Shown: positions 20,203 through 43,712 of the stretch, in pieces
Layout of the letters: every line of letters starts with the position of its first letter
How positions within the stretch are numbered: the first letter of the stretch is position 1
Origin: the human T2T-CHM13v2.0 reference genome, Homo sapiens
Length of the DNA stretch: 64,000 nucleotides
Strand: one strand, 5' to 3'
Assembly (NCBI RefSeq): GCF_009914755.1
Contig: NC_060931.1
Program-made: the position numbers and the translations under genes
The notes under the pieces: model-generated
What the model saw: the letters and a program-made list of their open reading frames with translations, nothing else
Databases searched by the model: none
Told to the model about the DNA's origin: nothing

Positions 20203-21636
20203 GTAGGAACATTCCTGGGGACAAGAGCCAGTGACGGCGTCACAGAGATCTTCCCTTCTGAGCGGGACTCCTCTGCAGGGAGACCTTCTATGTCTGTGTC
20301 TGCTTCATCAGAAGAGTGGAAATCTATTCCAGCCATATGAGCCTTTAATCTTCTTTTGCCTCTGAAAGTGTTCTGCTTTGAAATGTCAATTTGCTATTTT
20401 GGGTTGAAGATATTCTTTCGCAGGGACGTTAATGTCAGCCCCTCTCACAGGCTGAGTTCCCCAGTACAAACTCTGAAATGGAGTTTCAACCACAGGGGAC
20501 CCACTGGGAGCCACAAGAGTGAGGAGAGCAAGACTGGGGGTGGGGTGGGCGGGAGGGAGCTGCAGCGCTCATCCACGGGGACCTCTGAAGCCAGGACCCC
20601 ACAATGAACTAAGAGAAAGAGTTTATGGGGCAAGAGATAGGAGAACAGAAGAAAAAGTGTGAGCTGATGCTTCTGACCCGACACACGTGGAGGAGGACAG
20701 AGAAGGAAGGAAGTTTATCTTGAAGCGCTTCAGACAAGGTGCAGGTCTCAGAAAGGCTCAGTGGGCTAGGGGGAGCCCCATTGCAAAGGCTGCCCGTTAG
20801 GGAGACCTGCAATGGGACCGGGTGGCGCATCTCCACTTCCTCCCAACCACCACCCTCACACTGTGCTTGGTCATTGGGTGGCAGCACCCTGGGAACGGCA
20901 TGACCTTGACATGAGCTTCAGTAGATCCGAAAACTTTGGCAGTGGGAAGCACTCAAATCCGTCCCCTGCAGCAGGTTCTTGTGAAGGGACATCCGAGCAG
21001 CACACTCCCAGGGCTGCCCCAAGAGCCATTCAGAGGGATCCCAGTTCCAGGTAAGGGGACCAGGCATGGACCAGTCATTGGATATGAACACTGCCCTCCC
21101 CTGGGGGCAGGTATGACCTTGGTAGCCATGGCTGGCCAAGGGCAGTTTCTGGGGAGGGACTTTGTTGTGAACCATTGGCTGTCAACGCTGCTGGGCGGCT
21201 GAGTCCCAGGAGCATCTGAGCAGCTTGATAGAGAGCCCAGGCCTCCTACGATCACGCCTCCTGCCGCATGTAGGGGAATGTTGGCAGAACGCTGAGCTGG
21301 AACCACGGGAGGCGAATCATTTGTAAGGGCATTCCTCAGGCTGCATTGCAAGCTGATGAAATGTCCCTGCTCCTTAGCAGGAAACACCTCCTTAAGGAAT
21401 GGAAGGACAAAAGAAAAAAAACAAAATTGGACTCTCTTTTTCCATGTTGCCCTGGTCGGTGGACACATTCTCTTATTTAACTGCAAAGATAATACATGTT
21501 CATTGTCCAAAACCCAAGAGAAACCAAACACAATATGGAGAGCATCTTTTCAGACCCGCGTTTTTATGCATTTATAGATATATACATATATATGCACGTG
21601 TATATACACAGGGTTAAGGATTTTTATTTATTTTAC

Positions 21637-24328
<2,692 letters not shown>

Positions 24329-25238
24329 TGATACTCTTCTTTAGTTTCTTCCTCATGTAAAAAAAAATTGATTTTTACATTAAACTTTGAGTCTACCTGG
24401 AACTGTTTGTTCTGCAAACGGTGTAAATTAAGAATGTAATGTAATTTTTTTCAGAATGAATAGCCAGTTTTCCCACACCGTTCATTGAATAGTCCACCAT
24501 TTCTTCATTGGTTGCAATGCTATTTTTATCATTTTATCAAATGTCTATGTATTCCTGGGTCTATTTCCAGCATCTCTCTTCTGCTCTATGATGGTATTTT
24601 TGTATTTCTAGGCTAATCACGCTGTCTCTTGATTAGTACAGCTTGATAAGAAGTTTTTATATCTTCTTATTTTCTTGATAAGAAGATTTGTAGGACAAAT
24701 CTTTCCACTTCATTCTGCAAGTGTCTTAGCTAGGATTGTCTTATCAAGTTCCAGGAAAAACGTGTTGAGATTTTCACTGGAATTGTATAGAGATGATAGA
24801 TTAAAATGGGAAAGAATTTACATATTTTTGATGATAAATGTCCCCACCCATGGACATTTATTCAGATCTGCTTTTATATTCATTTGGTGTTTTGTCATTT
24901 GCTCTATAGATATTATGTGCAAAGATTTATTTCTGTTTATCTTGATTTTTTGGTTGTTGTTTTAAAAATTGTGATTTGGGACCTTCTTGTTATATTTTTA
25001 AATTATTACTGGTACATAGGAATGAGATCTTTTGGTATATTTGATCTTGTAAATAGAAACCTCAGTAAACTCTTAGTCGTTAGTGGTTGGTGGGTAGAGT
25101 CGCTTGCATTTTCTATCACCTGAAGGTAATTTTCCTTCTACCTCTAATGTTGATTAGAAGTGGCGGCAGCAGGCATCCTTTCTGCTTTTGACTTTCATGG
25201 GAATAATTCTGACTTATCATTTAGTTACTATGTTGATG

Positions 25239-25683
25239 TGTATTAGTTTCCTAGGACTGTTATAATGAAGTAGCACAAACAGGTGGCTTAAAACAACAGA
25301 AATTCATTTTTTCCCAGTTCTAGAGGCCAGAAGTCCAAAATCAAGGTGTGAGCAGGACCTCACTCCTTCTGAGACCTGCAGGGGAGGCTCCTTCCCTGCC
25401 TCTTCAGCTTCTGGCCGTGGCTGCCAGTCCCGGGCTGCAGCGGCGTCACCCTCGGCTCCGCCTCTCTGTTCACAGGCGTCCTCCCTGTGTGTCTGTGTCT
25501 GTGTCTTTGTCTCCCCCAACCGAATCTCAGAAGGACTCCAGTCACATTGAATGAAGGGCTCGCTCTACCCTGGTATGACCTCATTGCATCTGCAAAGACT
25601 CTGTTTCCAGATAAAGACACATTTTGAGGTTCCTGGGTTAGGACTTGAAAATATCGTTTTGGGGAACACAGTTCAACCCGTAG
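25239..25683 (-). mobile_element. MLT1C/D-type LTR
   Basis: tgtattagtttcctagg...cacagttcaaccc. Confidence 0.75.
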
Positions 25684-25880
25684 CACTACGGTCTGGATTG
25701 TTTTTGTTTAAAAGGGGAGTCTTATTTTTTTTATTTTGAAAATTTTCAAACCCACATAATACCCATAGAAATGCTCCCCTAGAGTCACTAGGTGTAGATG
25801 TAAATATCTCACAACACCCACTTCACACACGTGCTCTCCGCCCCTTCTCACCCCACGCACACGCATCGCATCTGTGTTCA

Positions 25881-27989
<2,109 letters not shown>

Positions 27990-28279
27990 TCCCCCATTTC
28001 TTTCTCTTCATAATTCTCATCACTATCTGTCCATTTCTCTGGGCCGGTGGTGCTGTCCACGTGGCTGTTGAAGTCTCCCACAGGTTGCAGGAGCTGAGGT
28101 GGGCAGCCTGCGGTGAATGCTGTGCCGTACCTGCAGGGCATGAAGGAAACCGCCTGAGATGCAGGCAGATGGATAACCCCGCAGAGGAGGAGAAGGCAGG
28201 GGTTTTGCAAAGTGAAGAAGAAAGAGAATGTTGCAATCAGATGGCTTGAATCTAAAGAAATCTACGATCAGTTGGTATG

Positions 28280-28281
<2 letters not shown>

Positions 28282-28320
<39 letters not shown>
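28282..28320 (+). repeat. Pure T39 homopolymer
   Basis: Read directly; no Alu or L1 body attached. Confidence 0.95.
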
Positions 28321-28322
<2 letters not shown>

Positions 28323-29126
28323 ATGGGAGCGGAAGTGTCATGATTTGGAGGCAAACATGGGTGATGATTAAACCATGGATAGTGATGAAATGCTAGTGTT
28401 GCTTCTGGATGTGGGGTTCATGCAGTTTGAGAGAAGGAGTTTTTTTTTCTTCTATCAGCAACATTGCAGGGAAACAGTGTCTTCCAGGGAGAATTAGACA
28501 AGTCACTCTTCTGAGCCTCAGCCTGATAATCCAAATATGGGAATGATGCTATCGAACTAACATGGCTGTTACAATGATCAGATAAGGACATCACCTACAT
28601 TTTTTTTGGCATTATGTACTAAATAAATGCTTATTATACAGCAATTAGGACAAATAAATAATTAAAACATAAACATTGAATTTTATCCTTCAAAATGATG
28701 AAATACATAAAAGTAAAAGAAATACAGGGTAAAAATAATAAAATACAAAATATTAATGGTGGAAAGGCTCTCAGAGGTTTTAGAACTCATCAGCCTTTTA
28801 TCCCAGTTAAAGAAGCTAAGCTCCCGAAAGATTAGAGACTGGCTCTAGGTCACGTTACTCCAGGCTCAAACCCAGGAATTCTGATGCCATCTCAGTAGAC
28901 AGCATCATCCCACCACCAGATTATGAGGATGTAGCTTACAAACAAAATTTGGGATATTTAATAGTATAGTTGCTTCGATTTCTTTTTACAAAATCCAGAT
29001 GGCTAGGTTTAACAGATTTATAGTGAGTTAAATAGAAATGCTTATGTATTTTACAAAAACTGGTCATACGCTTAAGCACAGATTCTCTGTAAATACCCTG
29101 ACACAGATTTTGCACACCACATTCTT

Positions 29127-29329
29127 TTTTTTTAATTTTATTTTATTATTATTATACTTTAAGTTTTAGGGTACATGTGCACAATGTGCAGGTTAGTTAC
29201 ATATGTATACATGTGCCATGCTGGTGTGCTGCACCCATTAACTCATCATTTAGCATTAGGTATGTCTCCTAATGCTATCCCTCCCCACTCCCCCCACCCC
29301 ACAACAGTCCCCAGAGTGTGATGTTCCCC
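29127..29329 (-). mobile_element. Heavily 5'-truncated young L1PA (L1PA2-4-like) 3' end
   Basis: ttatactttaagttttagggtacatgtgcacaatg; 17-bp TSD ttgcacaccacattctt at 29110-29126 and 29330-29346. Confidence 0.92.
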
Positions 29330-29387
29330 TTGCACACCACATTCTTGAACATCAATACCAAAAAATTGGAAAGATACAGCAATAACA

Positions 29388-31725
29388 GGCTGGGTGCCGT
29401 GGCTCACGCCTGTAATCCCAGTGCTTTGGGAGGCTGAGGCGGGAGGATTGCTTGAGGCCAGGAGTTTGAGACCAGCCTGGGAAACATGAGAAGACCTCAT
29501 TTCTACAGAAATAAATGAACAAATAAAAATAAGCTAGGCGTGGTGGCCCGTGCCTGTAATCCTATTTATTTGGGAGGGCGAGGCAGGAGGATCGCTCGAG
29601 CCCAGGAGCTCAAGGTTACAGTGAGCTATGACTATGCCACTGTGCTCTAGACAGAGCAACACATCACAACCTCATCTCACAAAACAAATTAAAACAAGAT
29701 ACAGCAATAACATAACGTGTAGGTAAAAAAAAAAGAAAAAATATTTTTAAGATTTTAAAAATGCTTGGTTGTAGAGACCAAACTGAGAATTTTAATGTGA
29801 TGTAAAATAAATTATATATAATGAGTTACGTTTAAGGGTGAAAATGTGGACACTAACCAAAGAACGAAAATAAATACAAAACAGAGAAAAACAGGAAATA
29901 CTGTGAAATTGATACATACGCTATTTGTTGCTTTTCAAAAAACAAGTTAACAAACGTTGCAATCCACAATCCCTAGAGAAATGGTGCAAATAGACTACGA
30001 CAGGAGAGCAGAAAATAAGCTTCTACACAGGGTAAGATGGAGGACGTAGCTCCCAACTCCAAACTTTAGGGAGCAATGGAATTGTTTAGAATATTTCCAC
30101 AAATACTCTTTGGAAGCAAGTAGGGGAAGAATTCCTCTATCAGGCAGGCTTGACCTCACGCCCTTTACTCATCACAAGCACTAAAGAGAATCTGATGAAT
30201 GTCTGATAGGTCATCTAGCACATGAATGATAGGCCATCTCTAAAACCAATAAATAGCACGGTCCTTCCCGAAACTCTCGAAGGCAGCAGAAGTAGAGCAA
30301 CCGTCCTTTCCTAGCACCAAACTTTAGGTTTCCACAAAATATTCCTGTGAAGGAGAGAAATCAGCTGAAGAGGGACCCTCACTACTACTTTGCTCTCCTT
30401 ACAGGATGTAAATTTCCCCTGTTAAATATTTTATGATGAGTGAAAATAAAACCTCATTGAAATGTAGGTGCTAGGTGGCCTGTTCCCACGTTTTTAACTT
30501 AAATCAAAATTCAGTAATACCCCATATTAATTTTGCATAAAGTATAATTTTAAATTATTTTGCAATTTTTAATATTGCATTTATGGTCTTTCTGGGTCAT
30601 TAGAATCCTCAAAGTTGCAAATATTTAAATCTTTCAATATTAAGGGTACAAGTGTACACTGTATACAGTAAAGAGATACCACAAATCTGTATGGGAAAAA
30701 AGACTTTTAAAATGTTTTTGTTGCAGTTGTTGTTTAATGCCACTTAAACAATTAGCCATTTGGGAAAATTTTAGGTCTTTATTTCATACCATAACCCAAA
30801 TAAATTATAACTGGATTAATGTTAATTTTATTTTAAAAAATCAAACCATAGCCAGGTGTGGTGGCTCATGCTTGTAATCCTAGCGCTTTAGGAGGCCAAG
30901 GCAAGAGGATTGCTTGAGGCCAGGAGTTCTAAGACCAGCCTGACAACACAGTGAGACACCATCTCTACAAAAATTTTTATTAAAAAAAGTAGGCGAGTGT
31001 GTTGGTGCACACCTGTAGTCCTAAGCTACTCAGGAGGCTGAGGCAAGAGGATCGCTTGAGTCCAGGAGTTGGAGGTTATAGTGAGCTATAATAGCACCAC
31101 TCCACTCCAGCCTGGGCAACAGAGTGAGACTGTCTCTGTAAAAACATCATCATCATCAAACTTCTTAAGGGATAATTTAAAAATATAAAAACATAGATTA
31201 ATACTTGCCTGTTTTATGAATAAAGAAATTTCAAAGCTTAAAACCAATGGAAAAGGTGCTAAAAAAAAGTCTATTTTTTTAACAAAAAAATGTAAAATTG
31301 CTGCAAATAAAAAATAATAAAATTAAATAACAGTAGGCTGGGGAAATGTAACAGGACTAAAAGTTAATATTTTTAGTATGTAAAATGTACATTTAAAATC
31401 CATTAAAAATACAACTCCAAGCTGGGCATGGTGGCTCACGCCCATAATCCCAGCACTTTGGAAGGCTGAGGCAGGTAGATCATTTGAAGTCAGAAGTTTG
31501 AGACCAGCCTGGCCAACACGGTGAAACCCCATCTCCACTAAAAATACAAAAATTAGCTGGACATGTTGGCAGGTGCCTGTAATCCCAGCTACTTGGGAGG
31601 CTGAAGCAGGACAATTGCTTGAAGCCAGGAGGTGAATGTTGCAGTGAGCTGAGATCATGCTACTGCACTCCAGCCTGGGTGACAGAGCGAGACTCTATCT
31701 AAAAAAAAAAAAACAAAAAACAAAA
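29388..31725 (+). mobile_element. Sense Alus: AluJ 29388-29695, AluJ 30850-31144, AluS 31420-31725
   Basis: Alu text; the first has TSD aagatacagcaataaca. Confidence 0.88.
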
Positions 31726-31819
31726 CTACTCCGATAGGCAAAGTACACGACAATTTCATTTACAAATGGCTAATCATGTGGAAAATTCAACCTCACCAGC
31801 GATTAAAAAAAAATTAACC

Positions 31820-32590
31820 AGATTTTTTAAAATTGAGGCACGATTAACATAAAACTGATCATTTAAAAATGAACAATTAAGTAGCATTTCGCACCTTCAC
31901 AATGTTGTACAGCCATGACCTCTAACTCCAAAACATTTTCATTACCTGAAAAGAAAGTCTTTTAGCCATTAAGCAGCTTCCTTCCCTCCAGTCTCTGGCA
32001 ACCACCTATCTGTGTTCTGTCTCTTTCTAGATATTTCATATCAACGGAATCATACAATATGTAACTTTTTGTGTCGGGCTTCTTTCACTTAGTATATTTT
32101 TGAGGTTCATCCACATGGTGGATGTGTCAGTGCTTCCTTTTTTATGGTTGAATAATATTCCATTCTGTGATACACCACAGTTTGTTTCTCCATTCATCCA
32201 TTGATGGGCATTTGGGCTGTTTCCCTCTTTTGGCTGTTGTCAACAGTACTGCTGTGACCATGCACATATATACATTTGTTTGAATTCTTTTGGGCATGTT
32301 CCTAGGAATAGAATTGCTGGGTCTTATGGTAATTCCAGGTTTAATTTTTTGAGGAGCTGCCAAGCTCTTTTCTTCAGTGGCTGCACCATTTACACTCCCA
32401 CCAGCAATGTGTAAGAGTTCAAATTTCTCCATATCCCTGCCAAAACTTATTTTTCATTTTTTAAGTTCTCGTCATCCTAGTGGAAGTGAAGTGGTTCTTC
32501 ACGTTGGTTTTGATTTGTGTTTTCCTAATGACATGATGTTTCGCATCTGTTTGTGTGCTTGCTAGCCATTCGTACATCTTCTTAGGAGAA
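31820..32590 (-). mobile_element. L1MB 3' region
   Basis: Peptide KQPKCPSMDEW; L1 3'UTR text. Confidence 0.8.
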
Positions 32591-33449
32591 CCAGATGTTA
32601 TTTTTCACCTATCAAATGAGCAGACATGATTTTAAAATGCTAATAATGTTACGTAATATTATAGAAGCTATTTTAGGTGAAAAATGTGAAGTATAAAGCT
32701 GTGTGTGTGCTGCCAATAGTATGAAAACATATGTGTTAAAAATGGGACTCTTGTTAGCTCAGTTTTGGTTGAGGCATGAAAATCATAGCTGTAATATTCC
32801 AAAGTGAGTTGTTAGACTGACCACGATAAAGATATTTCAAAATAGAGATCTGAGAACCAATGAGATGGCTCAGCCAGATTGAGTCATGTTGTTAGAGATT
32901 AAAGGAGATTTTTGGAGAAAGCTACTGCTCAAAGCCTGGTGAGAGAGACTTGATATGAATTCAGCACATTCTCAGACATCAATACAATAAAATTGGAAAT
33001 ATATTGGGATTGAGGAGAAGTGAACTAATGTTAGTTTTTTGCCGAAAATCAAAAGGATAAAAAGACTGTGACCAGCTGTAGAACAAAGGACACTTGCTTT
33101 TAGATTAGTAGCTGTATTTATGGCAGAGTTTGCTTTGGCAGTGTTGGAGAGAGAGCTATAGGGATCATCTTAGATGGTGTCCGGTAGGACTATCTAGAAG
33201 AATGGACAGGCCTCAGCAGAGAAGCTGGAGACAGAACACAGGATCTTAAGGAGCTGAGAAGACAGATTGAGTCACCAGAATAGAATGCACTTGCCCAGTT
33301 TGTGGGAACTGCTGACCAGAGACCACCAGGGATGAGAAGGGAGGTCCTCAAAGTTGCTATTGCCAGCCACACACCCTCAGAGAACTCAGCCCAGAGAGTG
33401 CCCTTCAGGCAAGAGAGAACTTTCCTGTTCTCTGTACTCCTCCCCTCCC

Positions 33450-34790
<1,341 letters not shown>

Positions 34791-34908
34791 CCTTTCTAAT
34801 GATTTTACACTGGCTACAAGAAAAAGTCTAAACTCTGCTACTTGAAGTTTGGGGTTCCTTCTACATCAAGCCCCTGGTGTACTTCAATAATACACTTTCT
34901 CTACTTTA

Positions 34909-35284
<376 letters not shown>

Positions 35285-35643
35285 CTAAGAAGGTGTCCTT
35301 TCAGTAAAAATTTGCTAAATTTAAGCTGATCAGTCAAGACCAAGCTAAAATCATTTTTTAAAATGGAAATCCAGTTCAGTTCCACCTGCTCCTTTAGAAT
35401 TCTCCCCAAAACCACTCTCTAACCCACAATTACTGGCTTCCCCTCAACATCTATGGCACATGATGTTGCATATTTTTGTACATAATAATGTATTTCTTGT
35501 TTCCTTCCAATGAAAATGAAAGCACTGTAAGAGCCAAACACATAGTAAATGCTCAAGAAATATTCATCACATTGAACTTTGATTTGGATTGCCGTATTTT
35601 TTCAGCTATGTGGACTAACATTGCCCTGTTCTTGCCTCCCCAG

Positions 35644-35893
35644 GGGATGTTCTGGTGTTCCTGGACAGCCACTGTGAGGTGAACAGAGTATGGCTGGAGC
35701 CCCTGCTGCATGCCATTGCCAAGGACCCCAAAATGGTGGTGTGCCCCCTGATAGATGTCATTGATGATAGAACTCTGGAGTATAAGCCCTCTCCTCTTGT
35801 AAGGGGAACTTTTGATTGGAACCTACAATTTAAATGGGATAATGTTTTCTCTTATGAGATGGATGGACCAGAAGGATCTACTAAACCAATCCG
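35644..35893 (+). CDS. GALNTL5: GALNTL5 coding exon 5 (DXH motif)
   Basis: ccccag| ... |gtgaga; 250 nt; [12 protein letters not shown]...WLEPLL...PLIDVID. Confidence 0.97.
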
Positions 35894-37369
35894 GTGAGAT
35901 TTCTTCTGGTTTTGGAAAAATATAGCATACGTGTATTGAGACCCAGGGGGAAAAAGCCTCCAGAGATTATTCTTTCAAGTTCTTGGGCTTAATCAAAATG
36001 TTATGTTACTTGTTTCTAGAAGTCTTTAATACAGTAATAGAATTATTGTTAATAGAATCACTTAGGACTCAATATATAACGTGATATGATATTTATCTTC
36101 ATATCATCTATAACTCTTTGATTCTCTGGTACTGAACACAATCCTATATGGATTCAATCATGACTTTCAGGAGCAATATTTCATTTGACTAAAAGCTCAA
36201 GTCAAACAGATCTGGTTTGAAGGAGAGACTCCATCATTTGTTAGCAGTTTAGGGCTGCCATGTACAGTTGCACCAGCTGTGCACTGCACATCTCCAGGAG
36301 ATACTGTTCACACAAAGACCACAAGGTCAATGGCATGTCTGGAATTGTACATTAAGATGGCCCTCAGTTGGCACAATTACCTCTCTCAACTTCAATGTCG
36401 TCCTCATCTGTTAAACAGTGATAGTAATAATTAACACATTTCTTAGGATCGTTGAGGGGATTAAATGAGCCAATACATGTAAAACACATAGCATAAGGCT
36501 TGACACAGAGGAAGTGATCTGATCAATATCAACATTAGCTACAGTAATGTCACAGACTTTGGAACAAAGAGGAACAAAAGTGTACTTTATTGTAATAAAA
36601 TGTAATATGTAGAAATCTCAACTTAATAAAAATAAACAGCATTAATCTTTTGAGTTATCTCAAAACTATTTTAAATAGTTACTTTTAGTAAGAAATAGCT
36701 ATGGTGTTCCAATTACACAAACTTGGTTTATAATTTTTGTAATATTTCCATATCTCACATATAAAACATTTTTAGGCTCTAATGTAAAAATAACTGATAT
36801 TCAACAGGGAAACTGTATTCCTAATATTTATTTGCTAAATGGTAAAATGTTTAGAATTCTAATACACTGCTCGTGTGTATATACATTGGATCATTCTTTT
36901 TGAAAACAATTTGGCAATGCAAATTAAGAATCTTATAAATATCCTTATTCTTTGATGCAGTAATCCACTTACTTGAATTTATTTGAAGAGAGTCAGAAAT
37001 AAGCACGGAGATATATATAGTGTGTCAATATTTATATTCATAAAAAACTGAAAACAACATATTCAATACTATTGAAATGGGTAAAAAATAAAGTATATTC
37101 ATTTTTATGGACTATCACATAATCATTAAAGTTAAGTTTTCAAGGGCTAATTAACTAGAAAGAAAACTTCTCATGTGTTAAATTAAAAAATCAAACCATA
37201 AAAAATGTTCTGTCAGTATACCTTTGTGTGATTAAATATGTACCTATTATATGTAATATATATTATACATATTACATATATTATAATTGTATGTTACATT
37301 AAAATATATAATATGTATAAGAAAACATAAGTTATTTTTTAAAGGTTAAAAGAAAAAATAAATTTTATT

Positions 37370-38050
37370 TTGTTATTTTATTGATTTATTATTATTTGTA
37401 TAAATATAAGGGGTACAAGTGCAATTTTGTTATATGGCTATATTGCCTAGTGGTAAAGTCTGGACTTTCCAAGTATCCACCACTCAAACAATGTACACCG
37501 GACCCATTAAGTCACTTCTCATCATCCATTGCCCTCCTGTCACCACCCTTCTGTCTCCAATGCCTGTCAGTCCACACTCTATGTCCATGTGTATACATTA
37601 TTTAGTTCCCACTTATAAATGAGAACATGTGTATTTCTCTTTCTGCTTCTGGATTGTTTCACTTAAGATAATGGCCTCCAGTTCCATCCATGTTGCAGCC
37701 AAAGACATCATTTTATTCTTTTTTATGGCTGAATAGTATTCCATTGTGTATATATACCACATTTTCTTTATCCAGTCTTCCACTGAGGGACACTTTAGTT
37801 GATCCCATGACTTTACAGTTGTGAATAGTGCTGTGATAAACATACAATGGCAGGTATCTTTTTGACACAGATGATTTCTTTCCCTTTAGGAAGATACCCA
37901 ATAGTGAGAATGCTGGATTCAATGGTAGTTCTACTTTTAGTTCGTTGAGAAATCTCTGTATTGTTTTCCACAGCGGTTGTACTAATTTACATTCCTACCA
38001 ACACTGTGCAAGCGTTCCCTTTTCTCCTCATCCTCGCCAGCATCTGTTAC
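37370..38050 (-). mobile_element. L1PB/L1MA 3' end
   Basis: Peptide [20 protein letters not shown]. Confidence 0.88.
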
Positions 38051-38199
38051 ATATTAGTCATGGTATTAATTAGCATTCATATCTGAAGATACATTTTTCC
38101 CTTAGTTCTAATGACGACCAAAAAAGCTAGGTGCAATGAGTTTTGGAAAACTTAACACACACACACACAAAAAGCAAAATCATGCCTAGGGCTTAAGCC

Positions 38200-39400
38200 A
38201 ATGATAACTCAAGACCTCCCCAGCTCCCTGACATGCAGGCATCACCATGACCAAGGATCATGCCCTTTTCCCCCAGCCACCTGCCCTTTTCTAAGGGCAG
38301 AGCAAGGCCCTTTCACTTTCTCCCTGCTGTCTCAGACCACAGCTGACTCCAACGTTTTCGGCCTGCACACCAAATGGACGGAACTGCAGTGCCCTGAGAT
38401 GAGAAATACCATGAGTGGAGCAGGTTTTTGGCAGGAAGATTCTCTTTGGGGCATATTTGAGATGTCTATTTGGCATTCAAGTGGGGATGTGAAGTAGGTA
38501 GTTGGATGCAGTTGGATACATGAGTCCCTTATGAGATGGATGGGCCAGAAGGACCTACTAAACCAATCTGGTGAGATTTCTTCTGGTTTTGGAAAAATAT
38601 AGAATATGTATATTGAGACCCAGGGGGAAAAAGCCTCCAGAGATTATTCTTTCAAGTTCTTAGGCTTAATCAAATTGTTCTGTTACTTGCTTCTAGAAGT
38701 CTTTAATACAGTAATAGAATTATTGTCAATAGAATTACTTAGGACTCAATCTATAACATGATATGACATTTATCTTCATATCATCTATAACTCTTTGATT
38801 CTCTGGTACTGAACACAATCCTATATGGATTCAATCATGAGTCTGGAGTTTTGAGAGAGGTCAGGGCTGGAGGCATCCTTTGGGAGTCATGGATAGGATG
38901 GATGAGAATCACTATGTGGGTGAGTGGAGAAGTGTAGAGGACCAGCCCTGAGCCCTGGGTGCTTCAACATTGACAGTTGAGAGGAGGAGAGGAACTGGCA
39001 AAGGAGATGGGAAGGAGCAACCAGGGAGGGAGGAGAAGGACCAGGAAATCTGGTTCCCTGGAGGCCCAGGGAGGCATGTGTGTCCAAGAGAAGGGTGTGG
39101 CCAGCAGCATCCAACACAGTGGCTGGATCAGCGAGAGAAGGACTGGAAATGAGCATTGGACTAAACCATGAGAAGGTCATGAACAAGTCTTAATTGTGAA
39201 TGGCGGGAGGCGAAGCCTGATGGAAGGGAGTTTAAGGGAATTAGAGATAGTGATGGACAAATCTTTCTAAGGCTTTAATACGAAAGAGAGAAAAGGGGAC
39301 ATAACTGACAGGAAGTGGGGTCAAAATAAGGCGGTTTTAATTTTGTAATTGGCAGAGATAACAGCATGACTGGATTCTGATAGGAATGTTCCTATCTGGT
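38200..39400. mobile_element. L2 fragment(s), split by the 313-bp insert
   Basis: gttggatacatgagtc|...|tggagttttgagagaggtcagggctggag matches L2 text. Confidence 0.7.
38528..38840 (+). repeat. 313-bp dispersed direct copy of 35851-36163 (3' end of coding exon 5 plus intron start)
   Basis: Ungapped alignment with ~15 mismatches counted by eye. Confidence 0.95.
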
Positions 39401-39689
39401 GCACTCGGCAATGTGTGTCACATCTGGTGCAGTAGGCACCCCACACCCGACCCATAAGCAAATCTGTTAGCTCCATCTCCAAAATATGCCAGGAATTCAA
39501 CCGCATCTTACTACCTACATTGCTGCATTCTTATCCCGGATCCCATTATTTTTCTCTGCAGCCCCTCTAATTGGCTTCCCTACCCTTTCCCCTACACATG
39601 GGTCTTGGTTTGTGTGTTGAGTGACTCATATCCCTAAAACATAGGTGCTCAATAAATACTTATTTGAACAAATGAATGTAAACTTGTGA

Positions 39690-43712
<4,023 letters not shown>

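Noticed and set aside
20953-21531. 192-aa minus-strand ORF
   Set aside because: No recognisable domain, non-ATG start, GC-rich intron; likely chance.
29127-29329. Possible human-specific polymorphic L1-Ta insertion
   Set aside because: Carries the older GAG-type 3'UTR diagnostic rather than ACA, and shows CpG decay.
36250-36364. Imperfect palindrome suggesting a structured ncRNA
   Set aside because: Looks like a MER91-type DNA transposon relic inside a MIR.
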